Under the pieces are notes generated by a model that had not been told where the DNA came from, did no database searches, and saw only the letters and a program-made list of their open reading frames with translations. Both the position numbers and the translations under genes were made by a program. From the NCBI GenBank assembly GCA_964427615.1, contig CAYRUR010000001.1:119303-183302 (forward strand): a DNA stretch of 64,000 nucleotides, written 5' to 3'. Positions 46,888-57,872 of this stretch are shown one piece after another (positions within the stretch are counted from its first letter, which is position 1; each line of letters begins with the position of its first letter). The stretch comes from an uncultured Gammaproteobacteria bacterium. Its GTDB lineage: Bacteria > Patescibacteriota > Microgenomatia > Levybacterales > GWA1-39-11.

Positions 46888-48303
46888 TTACAGAAGAAAT
46901 AGTATGGTTGCTCCCGTAACTATAAAAACGAGGGAAGCAAAAGTCAAGACAAGTGTTTGAGTCTCTCCTCCTGGCTCATCAATAGGTTGACGAGTAGGAG
47001 CAGTAGTGATGATAGGTGCTGTAGTAGGGGCGGTGGTGATAATAGGCGTAGGCTCCAGGGTAGGTGCCGGAGCTTCAGTTGGCGTAATCTCAATAGTAGG
47101 AACCGCTGTTGGCAGTGGAGTTGGTGTGGCTATAACAGTAGTCGGTGTAGGGGTAGGTACTTCAGTTGGTTGAGCAGAAGGAGTGGCACTGTCCGCAATT
47201 TGAGAGCCTGAGGAAAAAATAGTGACCGTGTGAGTTACTTGTCTGGCAATGCCTATGTTATCCTGTGTTTTGATGGTAATGTCGTGTTCTCCGATTGATA
47301 ATGGAATTTGAGGACGGTAAGACCAGAAGCCTGAGCCGTTGGCAGTAAGAGTAGTCTCTATGGTGCTGTTGGAAATAGAAAGATCTACCTCTTTATAAGG
47401 AACAGCAGTTCCTTGGATACGGGGACGCTCATCAGTCAGTGAGCTTCCATTTGTAGGTGAGGATATTTGAATAGGAGAAAGACGCGTCTTTTTCTCTTCT
47501 GGTACGTCAAAAGAAGCAGAAGGCGTGGCAGTTGTATCATCTTGCTCTGCAATAAAAGCAGTAAAATCATAGTCATTGGTCAAGGTGATAAGGGGAACAG
47601 CAGAAGCATCTTGTACAAAAATAGAAACATTTGACTCAGAGTCTTGTTGCAAAAATTGCAAGTGAACTTTTTCATCTGGATCTATGCTGAAGTACTCTTG
47701 CAAAGATTCATTTCTTATTTCTTGTAGAGAAAAAGTATAGTTTCCCTTTTCATCAGTCAGGGTTGCGATAGGCTGTGAGGAACCAACAGTTGCAATGACG
47801 ACTGTGTCAGTCCCCTCTGCTCCATCAGGTAGTATAAGAGTTCCTGTTATTGTTTGCTCTTTTTGGGTAGAAGGTTGTGCTAATTTTGGAGCAGTACGTG
47901 CCTGATATGGATTTTCCCCATCTAAGAAAACTTTCCCATCAGAGATAATAGAGAAGGAATAGTCAGTATCAGGATCTAGGTTATCAACCGAAATCAGATG
48001 TGAATAATAGGTGGCTTGTGCTCCATTTTTTTCTTTATTTCTCGTATCAAAATAAACTTTGTTCTCTCCATTTTGAGTAAGTTGAATAGCAGCATTTGTT
48101 TTACTAGTGGTGGTAAAAACCACAGTAAAGGATTTTTCCGTAACATTTACCACCCGTACGTATTTTGGTTCTGGTTGGGGAGTCGCTTTGGTAACCACAA
48201 AAACACCTGTCTGTACTACATAAGAAGTTATGGCAATACTACCTACTACCAAAAGGAGTGCAGCAAAGGTTGGAATTCTAATATGCCATATTTTTTTCTT
48301 CAT
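46888..48303 (-). CDS. surface protein with FN3-like and Ig-like domains, Pro/Thr linker and C-terminal TM helix
   Basis: VRVVNVTEKSFTV...NLDPDTDYSF; TANGSGFWSY...GEHDITI; PTPTP repeats. Confidence 0.75.
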   Translation of the reverse strand: MKKKIWHIRIPTFAALLLVVGSIAITSYVVQTGVFVVTKATPQPEPKYVRVVNVTEKSFTVVFTTTSKTNAAIQLTQNGENKVYFDTRNKEKNGAQATYYSHLISVDNLDPDTDYSFSIISDGKVFLDGENPYQARTAPKLAQPSTQKEQTITGTLILPDGAEGTDTVVIATVGSSQPIATLTDEKGNYTFSLQEIRNESLQEYFSIDPDEKVHLQFLQQDSESNVSIFVQDASAVPLITLTNDYDFTAFIAEQDDTTATPSASFDVPEEKKTRLSPIQISSPTNGSSLTDERPRIQGTAVPYKEVDLSISNSTIETTLTANGSGFWSYRPQIPLSIGEHDITIKTQDNIGIARQVTHTVTIFSSGSQIADSATPSAQPTEVPTPTPTTVIATPTPLPTAVPTIEITPTEAPAPTLEPTPIITTAPTTAPIITTAPTRQPIDEPGGETQTLVLTFASLVFIVTGATILFLL

Positions 48304-48318
48304 ATCTGTTTTTTATTC

Positions 48319-48621
48319 TTATAGTTCTGCAGCTGGTGTGGCTGTTGGTATTTCAGATGTATCGGGAATAGTTTCCTCAGGTGTAGTTGAGGCTGCTTTA
48401 CTAGCTACAGGGCTTTTTTCTTCTAGGTTAGCAGGGATAATTTTTCTACCCGAAAGCGAATTGACAGTTGCAGTATCAAATGAAGGAGCAATGGGTTTGA
48501 TACGGGATGTTGTTTCGGGCAAAATGGTTGATTCAGTAGCACTAAGATAGATAGTAACTACGGTAAAAATTAGTACCATTGCTGCAATAGATGCTGATAA
48601 GTAAAGGATGTTGCGTATCAT
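48319..48621 (-). CDS. small membrane-anchored hypothetical protein
   Basis: N-terminal TM helix; 4-nt overlap with pilO. Confidence 0.6.
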   Translation of the reverse strand: MIRNILYLSASIAAMVLIFTVVTIYLSATESTILPETTSRIKPIAPSFDTATVNSLSGRKIIPANLEEKSPVASKAASTTPEETIPDTSEIPTATPAAEL

Positions 48622-49244
48622 GGATTTGGTTTATAAAAATAGGTTCTTCCTGTAATGAGTGCTTCCTGATTTTCTCCAGTTGTGCCGGTAGTAACTCTTT
48701 CTAAGGTAATGATACGGTTAAAATTGATCAGGTCTTGCATAAAAGCATTGATTTGTGTTGTCCCACCTTGTAAAGACATGGTAAAGGTGAATGAAAAAAT
48801 GGATGCATTTTTTTTCACTCCTGGGTATAGTTCTATCGTACCAAAATCAAGCCGTTGTATCGAGAGATTATGGGTTGAGGCCAACATTTCCAATTGACGA
48901 GTCAGGGTAGGAATCTCAGGTGAGGATGGAATAGCATCCTGGATAAGAGTAGCTGTTTGACCCAAACTGGCATATGCACCATCTAATTTTTGCAAAGCTG
49001 CCAGTTTGGTCTCAAGAGCTTCTAGTACTAATTGGCTATCTTCTTTTTGTTTGTTTAGATTTGAGATAGTAGCCAATGTGGGTCTGATAGCAAAAAGAGT
49101 AAAAAATGACACAGTCAAAAGGGATAAAATAATATAAAAGGTTCCCTCAACTCTTTTTTGCTGCTGTTGCTTGAAAATTATTCTGTATTTTTTCCTATAC
49201 AGATTATAATATTTTTTTAATTCTGGTCTTAGTGTACTGATCAT
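48618..49244 (-). CDS. pilO: type IV pilus assembly protein PilO-like
   Basis: TM helix, coiled coil, AIPSSPEIPTL, F-x-DLINFNRIITL ferredoxin-like end. Confidence 0.7.
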   Translation of the reverse strand: MISTLRPELKKYYNLYRKKYRIIFKQQQQKRVEGTFYIILSLLTVSFFTLFAIRPTLATISNLNKQKEDSQLVLEALETKLAALQKLDGAYASLGQTATLIQDAIPSSPEIPTLTRQLEMLASTHNLSIQRLDFGTIELYPGVKKNASIFSFTFTMSLQGGTTQINAFMQDLINFNRIITLERVTTGTTGENQEALITGRTYFYKPNP

Positions 49245-49810
49245 AAGAGATTTTCTAGTTCTTTTTTCAATTCTACTGTTAGTTTAAATTTAATGCCCAG
49301 AGGTGTGCTGTTGATTTCGTTTACTCCAAGAGACTGAATTTCATCTTTATGTTTTTTTACTAACTCATCAATGGCACTATTGAGCTGAAAAATGGTAAAA
49401 GTGCCTCCGTCAATGGTGATGGTGTTTTGAAAAATAATAAGATTGGTAGCAGTAAAGGTGCCGTTATTAATTTTTGCAAGCAAATCTTCCATAACTGCCA
49501 ATTTGCTTGCTGTTTCTTGATTGGTACGTTTTATAAGGGTTAATCGTTCTTGGATGCTGCGGTACCGCTCTTCTTTGTCTTTTTGTGCTTTCACAAATAC
49601 TTCTTGTTTTCTAATTTGATCATGTAAATCAGTGATTTGTCTATCAATAGCAAAACGGTACATCAATGCTCCCAGTGCAATAAGTTCTGTTACTACAATA
49701 ATAATTCTACCTGCATGAACAGCCCACTGAAAAAAAATGTTTTCAAAATTTTTCTTAGGTCTTCCACTGAGATCAATTTGGATGCGTTGAGGGTTATTTG
49801 AGCTTCCCAT
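49241..49810 (-). CDS. PilN-like protein
   Basis: TM helix + coiled coil + short beta domain, directly upstream of pilO. Confidence 0.55.
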   Translation of the reverse strand: MGSSNNPQRIQIDLSGRPKKNFENIFFQWAVHAGRIIIVVTELIALGALMYRFAIDRQITDLHDQIRKQEVFVKAQKDKEERYRSIQERLTLIKRTNQETASKLAVMEDLLAKINNGTFTATNLIIFQNTITIDGGTFTIFQLNSAIDELVKKHKDEIQSLGVNEINSTPLGIKFKLTVELKKELENLL

Positions 49811-49868
49811 ACATCTTAAAGTTTAGAAGCTTTTTGCTGTTTTGTAAAGGAAGAGATAAGGGAAAGTA

Positions 49869-50186
49869 TTAGGCTTTTTTCTTAGAAGAAGTTGCTGTTT
49901 TTTTCTTCGTTACTGTTTTTGTAGTTTTTTTAACAGTAGAGGTAGCAGCAACAGTTGTCCCTTCTGCTTGTTTTGATAAGGATGATTTAAGTCTTGCAGC
50001 TTTATTTAGATGGATAAGTCTTTTTTTAGCTGCTTTATCAATTACGGAAAATGCCTCACTAAGGGTCTTTTCTCCCTTTTTGGCATTTTTTACAATATCT
50101 TTTACTTTTCTTCTCAAAGAGTCATTAAGTATTTCTCTTTTTACATCTTGTCGAAGCTTTTTAATAGCTGATTTTGTTACTGGCAT
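49869..50186 (-). CDS. rpsT: 30S ribosomal protein S20 with a Lys/Thr-rich C-terminal extension
   Basis: MPVTKSAIKKLRQ, IDKAAKKRLIHLNKAARLKS. Confidence 0.95.
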   Translation of the reverse strand: MPVTKSAIKKLRQDVKREILNDSLRRKVKDIVKNAKKGEKTLSEAFSVIDKAAKKRLIHLNKAARLKSSLSKQAEGTTVAATSTVKKTTKTVTKKKTATSSKKKA

Positions 50187-50231
50187 GGGAGTATTTTACC
50201 ATGGTATACTTAAAAAAACAATAAACATACC

Positions 50232-51878
50232 ATGGTAAGAGATCTTTTCAGGAAAAGCCTGAGTGCCTTAACAGCAAAGCAGACCAATATATTTTCCGCA
50301 GCATTCTATATTTTTGCCACCACCATTCTGGCGCAGCTTCTAGGTATTTTTAAGTACAGACTTTTGGTCTCTGTATTTGGAGCTTCAGATAATCTTGGTG
50401 TTTTTTTTGCTGCTTTTAGGATTCCTGATGTTATTATGCAAGTTTTAATTACTGCTGCTGTTTCTTCAGCATTTATCCCTCTTTTTTCTGATTTTTTAGT
50501 TAAAGATAAGAAGGAAGAAGCCTATTCATTTACCTCCACTCTTATCACATTAGGTCTTGTAGCCTACATTGTTATTGCGCTGTTTGTGTCTATTTTTGCT
50601 CAACAGCTTTCAATGCTTATTGCGCCTGGTTTTTCTCCTGCACAGCTAGAGTTGATGACTCAACTTACGCGTATTATTTTGCTTTCTCAGGTATTCATGA
50701 TTTTAGGAACAGTAGTAACTGCAGTTCTGCAGTCTTTTCAGCATTTCTTAATTCCGGGAATTGCTGCTGCACTGTATAACTTAGGTATTATTGTAGGGTT
50801 GCTTCTTTTTACGCCTCTTTTTGGTATTTATGGAGCTGCAATAGGTGTGGTTTTAGGATCTGTTCTTTTTTTCCTTTTCCAGCTTCCGTTAATGAAGGGC
50901 TCTTGGTCTATTTTTAAGCCACGGTTTGCATTTACCACGGAAATTAAAAAACTATATGCACTTTCTATTCCCAGAGGTCTTACTCTTTTAGTAGTGGGAC
51001 TTGGTTCTATGGTGAGTGTTTTTTTTGCTTCCTTTATTTCTCCTAAAAGCTATGTGTATTTTGATCTTGCCCAAACCTTGATGCTTGCACCAGTACTTCT
51101 TTTTGGGCAATCAATTGCACAAGCTAGTTTTCCAGCACTTGCTCAAAAAGTGCATGATAAAAAAGAGTTTGTATCTATTTTCTTAAGTTCTTTTGGTCAA
51201 ATTGTGTATTTAACGTTGCCGGTTAGTGTGCTTTTTATTGTGTTGCGTATTCCTTTAGTCCGTTTGTTTTATGGTGCATCTCGCTTTGACTGGGAAGCAA
51301 CTGTTGCTACTGGTATGACTCTTTCTTTTTTTGCTTTGTCTATTTTTGCCCAAGCTCTCATTTATTTATTCTCACGGGTATTTTATGCGTATAAAGATAC
51401 CAAAACACCACTCATTGTTACAGTCGGCTCCATTGGTATTTATATTTTCTTAGCATACATATTTATTTTGGTAGGTGGTCAATCAATTCACTATTTAGCC
51501 TTTTCTTATTCGGTGGCTAATATTTTTAGTGTTATCGTCCTGTTGTGGTATGTAAATAAGAGAATTGAGTTGCCGAAATGGTTGATGGTAAAAGATTTTA
51601 TAAAAATTGCAGTTGCAACTATTATTATGGGAATTTGTTTGTATATTCCTATCAAGTTGTTGGATCAGCTTGTTTTTGATACGACTCGTACTATCAATCT
51701 TATGATGCTTACCGGTATTGCCTCAGCTGCTGGATTTGCTGCATTCATTTTTTTCACCTGGTTACTTAATATTAAAGAAGCATATGTGATTATTGCTGTT
51801 TTAAAGAAATTTGGGAAATGGGATAAGATGCTTAAGCAACTCCGTGAGCCAATTGAGGGTTCACGCCTCAATCCCTAA
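50232..51878 (+). CDS. murJ: lipid II flippase MurJ
   Basis: FFAAFRIPD, SAFIPLF, ~14 TM helices, RVFYAYKDTKTP. Confidence 0.92.
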   Translation: MVRDLFRKSLSALTAKQTNIFSAAFYIFATTILAQLLGIFKYRLLVSVFGASDNLGVFFAAFRIPDVIMQVLITAAVSSAFIPLFSDFLVKDKKEEAYSFTSTLITLGLVAYIVIALFVSIFAQQLSMLIAPGFSPAQLELMTQLTRIILLSQVFMILGTVVTAVLQSFQHFLIPGIAAALYNLGIIVGLLLFTPLFGIYGAAIGVVLGSVLFFLFQLPLMKGSWSIFKPRFAFTTEIKKLYALSIPRGLTLLVVGLGSMVSVFFASFISPKSYVYFDLAQTLMLAPVLLFGQSIAQASFPALAQKVHDKKEFVSIFLSSFGQIVYLTLPVSVLFIVLRIPLVRLFYGASRFDWEATVATGMTLSFFALSIFAQALIYLFSRVFYAYKDTKTPLIVTVGSIGIYIFLAYIFILVGGQSIHYLAFSYSVANIFSVIVLLWYVNKRIELPKWLMVKDFIKIAVATIIMGICLYIPIKLLDQLVFDTTRTINLMMLTGIASAAGFAAFIFFTWLLNIKEAYVIIAVLKKFGKWDKMLKQLREPIEGSRLNP

Positions 51879-51940
51879 TTGCATTCCTCTTTTTTCTTCT
51901 CCAGGCAGTCTTGTCTGAGGTCTGGTATAATCGTGAAGCT

Positions 51941-53704
51941 ATGCAAACAGAAAAAATAAGAAATTTTGCCATTATTGCCCATGTAGATCATGGAAAATCT
52001 ACTTTAGCCGATAGACTTTTGGAATTAACCGGTACGATAACCAAGGAAAAAATTGGTGAACAGTTCTTGGATTCCAATCCTATTGCGCGAGAACATGGTA
52101 TTACCATCAAACTTGCCCCTGTCAGAATGGACTACCAGCTAGAGGGAAAGCCGTACGTACTTAATTTAATTGATACTCCGGGACACGTGGACTTTTCTTA
52201 TGAGGTAATTCGTACGCTGTATGCGTGTGAAGGTGCAGTATTGGTGGTTGATGCTACCAAAGGAATTCAGGCGCAAACTATTGCAAATTTTACTCATGCT
52301 TTTAACTTAGGACTAACCATTATTCCGGTTATTAATAAAGTTGATTTACCTACTGCAAATGTAGAAAAAGTAGAAAAGGAACTGGGGGAAGCATTTGGGT
52401 TTGATAAATCCGAGATACTGCATATTTCAGCAAAAACTGGGCTAGGTGTAGAAGCTGTAATTAAAGCAATTATCGATCGTATCCCTGCACCTAAAGCAGA
52501 TGCTAGTAAGTCGACTCAAGCTTTTATTTTTGACTCAGTCTATGATACACATCGGGGAATTGTGATTTATGCCAAAGTAGCCAATGGAGTGGTGAGAAAA
52601 GGAGAAGAAATTGTGTTTTTGTCTGATGGCTCAAAAGCCTTGGTTATGGATGTGGGATACATGAAACCTTCTTTTACCTCTGCTGAGGAATTGACTGCAG
52701 GAAACGTAGGTTATATTTTGACCAATATTAAAGATATTAGCCAAGCAAAAGTAGGAGACACGTTGACGCATGAGCTGGCAAAAGGAGAAGCGCTTCCTGG
52801 GTACAAACCATTAAAGCCATTTGTATTTTTAAGTATTTATCCTTCTGAAAGTACGAATGTAGAGTTGTTGAGAAAAGCGCTATTTTCACTCAAACTCAAT
52901 GATGCATCACTTGAATTTACACCTGATTACTCAACTATTTTGGGCACTGGTTTTCGCTGTGGATTTTTAGGACTACTGCATGCACAAATTATTGTCGAAC
53001 GAATAGAAAAAGAGTATGGCATTGATGTCTACACTGCTCCTCCCAATATTGCCTATATGGTAAACGGTGAAATGATTACTTCTGCGAAAGAATTTGATAT
53101 CAGCCAAAAAGATATTAAAGAACCCTATGTAAGAGCAGAAATTTATACCCCGGAAGAATACTTGGGTGGATTTATGGATCTTATTTATCAACGGCGTGGA
53201 GAGAATACAGATGTGGAGTACTACGCTTCTCAGATAAAAATTACGTTTGAGATTCCGCTTGCCAGTATTGTATATGACTTTTTTGATCGTTTGAAAAGCA
53301 TCTCATCAGGGTATGCTTCTTTTGATTATGAGTTTCTGGATTATCGCAGTTCTGATTTAGTACGGGTAGATATTGCAGTCAATGATGTTTTAGTTCCTGA
53401 ATTTTCATTTGTAGTGCATAAAGGAGAAGCAGACAGTTTTGCCCGTAAAATTACCAAAACCTTATCAGAATCTATTCCGAAACACATGTTTATCATCACA
53501 GTACAGGCCAGAATTGGAGGGCGCATTTTAGCAAGCGAAAAAATTGCGTCATTATCTAAAAACGTAACAGCAAAGTTATATGGTGGCGATATTACGCGAA
53601 AAATGAAGCTGATAGAAAAACAGAGAGAAGGAAAGAAAAAAATGAAAACAATTGGTAAAGTCAGTATCCCCAAAGAAGCTTTTCTTTCAGTATTAAAAAT
53701 TTAA
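51941..53704 (+). CDS. lepA: translation elongation factor 4
   Basis: IRNFAIIAHVDHGKSTLADR, LIDTPGHVDF, GFRCGFLGLLH, YGGDITRKMKL. Confidence 0.97.
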   Translation: MQTEKIRNFAIIAHVDHGKSTLADRLLELTGTITKEKIGEQFLDSNPIAREHGITIKLAPVRMDYQLEGKPYVLNLIDTPGHVDFSYEVIRTLYACEGAVLVVDATKGIQAQTIANFTHAFNLGLTIIPVINKVDLPTANVEKVEKELGEAFGFDKSEILHISAKTGLGVEAVIKAIIDRIPAPKADASKSTQAFIFDSVYDTHRGIVIYAKVANGVVRKGEEIVFLSDGSKALVMDVGYMKPSFTSAEELTAGNVGYILTNIKDISQAKVGDTLTHELAKGEALPGYKPLKPFVFLSIYPSESTNVELLRKALFSLKLNDASLEFTPDYSTILGTGFRCGFLGLLHAQIIVERIEKEYGIDVYTAPPNIAYMVNGEMITSAKEFDISQKDIKEPYVRAEIYTPEEYLGGFMDLIYQRRGENTDVEYYASQIKITFEIPLASIVYDFFDRLKSISSGYASFDYEFLDYRSSDLVRVDIAVNDVLVPEFSFVVHKGEADSFARKITKTLSESIPKHMFIITVQARIGGRILASEKIASLSKNVTAKLYGGDITRKMKLIEKQREGKKKMKTIGKVSIPKEAFLSVLKI

Positions 53705-53711
53705 GGTGTGT

Positions 53712-54791
53712 TTATAAAGTAAACAGGAAGATGCCTCCTAGAACAGTAAGTAGGATTCCTCCAATAACACCAATGGTTGTAGCAACACTACCAGTAGCCG
53801 GAAGGGTTGGTTTTGCAGTATCCGTAGGCGCAGTAGGAGCTTGGGTAGGCTCTTCAGTTGGAGCCCCAGCTGCTACACTAATTGTTTGAGTACAGGACTG
53901 GCTAATGGCTCCTTTGTCATCTGTGAAGACAACAGATGCGTTAAATGTTCCCATATTCTGATAGGTATGTGTAACTTGTGAGCTGACAGTAGCAATATTC
54001 ATGCCGTCAGTTACATCTTGTGCTTGTCCATCACCAAAATCAAACGTTGCTTTACTAATAAGTCCATCTGAGTCAGATCCATTGGCTGAAAGTGTAACAG
54101 AAAGTGGTGCAGAACCTGATGCTTGAGGGGCAACCAGCAAATTGGTACAAACTGGTGCATTATTTAAGTCACTTACTTGTGTGGTAGGAGATGGGATGAT
54201 ACTAGGAGAGGGTGCAGGTGTGGTAGAGGGAGTAGCACCTTGTAAAACAGTAACATTGGCAGGTGAGGCATTGGCTAGCACATTTTCTCCTGCTTGATCA
54301 TCTGAGGAAAGAGATAAGACTTGGGTCGCACCAGGATCAAAGGTCACCTGTATGGCCTGTCCTCCTGTCTCTTGCAGGGCTTTAAAAGTTACTACCGCAA
54401 CATCAGTAGGAGCTTGAATGGCTTTGGTGACATCAGAACCAATACCCAGAGAAATAACAGTACTTCCTGAGGTAATAGTGGGTCCTTCAAGGGTAAGTGG
54501 AAATGAGGTGGAAGGAGTTATTGTAACCACTTCCAATTTTTGTGGGTCATAGAGTAAATTGAATTTTACATAGGACACAATATTTTTCCCAGGATCAAGA
54601 CGCACGGTAATAGGAAACTCTTCTCCTGCTGATATAGTAGAGTCAGGAGGAGTAAGCGTAAGGGTGCTGGTAGGAGCAGCTTGGGTACGTACATCTTGCT
54701 GCTGTTTTACAAAGTACATCGTTAGTGGGATGCTAATAAGGAGAAGGGCAATAACACCCAGAAAAAAATATTTATTGGCTACATTTTTCAT
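53712..54791 (-). CDS. surface protein with cohesin-like and PKD domains, Pro/Thr linkers and C-terminal anchor
   Basis: QQQDVRTQA, GEEFPITV...LLYDPQKLEV, FDFGDG...HTY...GTF, LPATG followed by a TM helix. Confidence 0.8.
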   Translation of the reverse strand: MKNVANKYFFLGVIALLLISIPLTMYFVKQQQDVRTQAAPTSTLTLTPPDSTISAGEEFPITVRLDPGKNIVSYVKFNLLYDPQKLEVVTITPSTSFPLTLEGPTITSGSTVISLGIGSDVTKAIQAPTDVAVVTFKALQETGGQAIQVTFDPGATQVLSLSSDDQAGENVLANASPANVTVLQGATPSTTPAPSPSIIPSPTTQVSDLNNAPVCTNLLVAPQASGSAPLSVTLSANGSDSDGLISKATFDFGDGQAQDVTDGMNIATVSSQVTHTYQNMGTFNASVVFTDDKGAISQSCTQTISVAAGAPTEEPTQAPTAPTDTAKPTLPATGSVATTIGVIGGILLTVLGGIFLFTL

Positions 54792-54927
54792 GTTTTAAGG
54801 CAAGGATACTATAAAATAGCGTAGATGATTTTACGTGGTAAGTCAATAAGCTTGCCCTGTCAGAATAAGCTAATAGATTTAGATTATGAACATAAGGTAA
54901 AGATAACAGGAAAAATATTATAGGTTA

Positions 54928-54984
54928 TTGACAAGAATTTTAAATTCTTGTAATATTTTAGCACTTAGACATTTTAATTGATAG
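54928..54984 (+). promoter_or_regulatory. groESL promoter with a palindromic spacer and a degenerate CIRCE
   Basis: TTGACA-17-TAATAT; ACAAGAATTT-T-AAATTCTTGT; TTAGCACTT-N9-AATTGATAG. Confidence 0.7.
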
Positions 54985-55000
54985 AATTCTTTTAGAGATT

Positions 55001-55303
55001 ATGGCAACAACAGCAAACAACCTAAAGCCGCTTTTTACCAATGTACTGATAAAACCAGTAGAAGCTGAAGCAACCACTGCAAGTGGTATTGTCCTTCCTG
55101 ATACTGCACAAGAAAAACCACAAATGGGTATTATTATGGCAGTTGGTGAGGGAGATACTACTGCTGAAGGAAAAAAAATTGAAATGAAAGTAAAGGTTGG
55201 ACAAAAAGTAGTATACAAAAAGTGGGGAGGCAATGAAGTCAAAGTAGGAACAGAAGAATGGACAATTATTGATCAACGTGATATCTTAGCAATTGTAGAA
55301 TAA
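55001..55303 (+). CDS. groES: co-chaperonin GroES
   Basis: LKPL, TASGIVLPDTAQEKPQ, AVGEG, DILAIVE. Confidence 0.97.
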   Translation: MATTANNLKPLFTNVLIKPVEAEATTASGIVLPDTAQEKPQMGIIMAVGEGDTTAEGKKIEMKVKVGQKVVYKKWGGNEVKVGTEEWTIIDQRDILAIVE

Positions 55304-56992
<1,689 letters not shown>

Positions 56993-57062
56993 TAAGTAGT
57001 GCTGTACTTTTCCTCAGAAAACTCTTCCTTATTTTTCCTTAATTTTTTACAATATATCTTGT

Positions 57063-57869
57063 ATGACTGATTCTCATTGTCATTTAAATTTTGAAGCCTT
57101 TTCAACCGATGTTGAGGAAGTAATTAAGCGAGCTCAAGACGCAGGAGTAAAAAGAATTGTCAATGTCGGCACAAAATTAGACTCAAGCAAATGGGCGGTA
57201 GATTTAGCTCATCAGTATCAAGGACTTCTGGCTATTGTCGGTATTCACCCACACCACGCTGATAAAGTAGAAAAAGGTTGGGAAAAAGAACTTAAAAATC
57301 TGGCACAAGATACAAAAGTCATTGCTATTGGAGAAATTGGACTTGATTATTTTAGTTATAAATCAAATGGTGTGGTAGATCCTAAAGTGCAAAGAGAGGT
57401 TTTTGAAACACAAATTGCTCTAGCTCACTCATTGCATCTTCCACTTCAAATTCATACCCGTCTGGCTTGGGATGATGTGTACGAAGTATTATCTTCTCAT
57501 CGTAATATATTGCAAAGCGTTCCCGGTATGTTTCATTGTTTTTCAGGAGACATTGCTTTTTTAAAGAAGGTCTTGGACTTAGGGTTTTATGTAGGGTTTG
57601 ATGGAAATGTTACTTACCCTGGGGTGCCAAAAGGAGAAACAACTGCTATAAAAGAGCTTGCATTATATGCTCCTGCTGATAGAATACTAATAGAAACAGA
57701 TAGCCCTTATTTGACGCCTGTGCCTATGCGTGGATTAAGAAATGAGCCAAAGCATGCTATAATTGTGGCAGAGTATCTTGCTAAGCTAAAACAAATCCCA
57801 TATCAAGATTTCTGTTATCAGCTGGAGAACAATTTTGAAACATGTTTTGCGTTAAAAGGAGAACAGTAG
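57063..57869 (+). CDS. tatD: TatD family nuclease
   Basis: DSHCHL, GIHPH, IGEIGLDY, FHCFSG, ETDSPYL. Confidence 0.93.
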   Translation: MTDSHCHLNFEAFSTDVEEVIKRAQDAGVKRIVNVGTKLDSSKWAVDLAHQYQGLLAIVGIHPHHADKVEKGWEKELKNLAQDTKVIAIGEIGLDYFSYKSNGVVDPKVQREVFETQIALAHSLHLPLQIHTRLAWDDVYEVLSSHRNILQSVPGMFHCFSGDIAFLKKVLDLGFYVGFDGNVTYPGVPKGETTAIKELALYAPADRILIETDSPYLTPVPMRGLRNEPKHAIIVAEYLAKLKQIPYQDFCYQLENNFETCFALKGEQ

Positions 57870-57872
57870 TGT

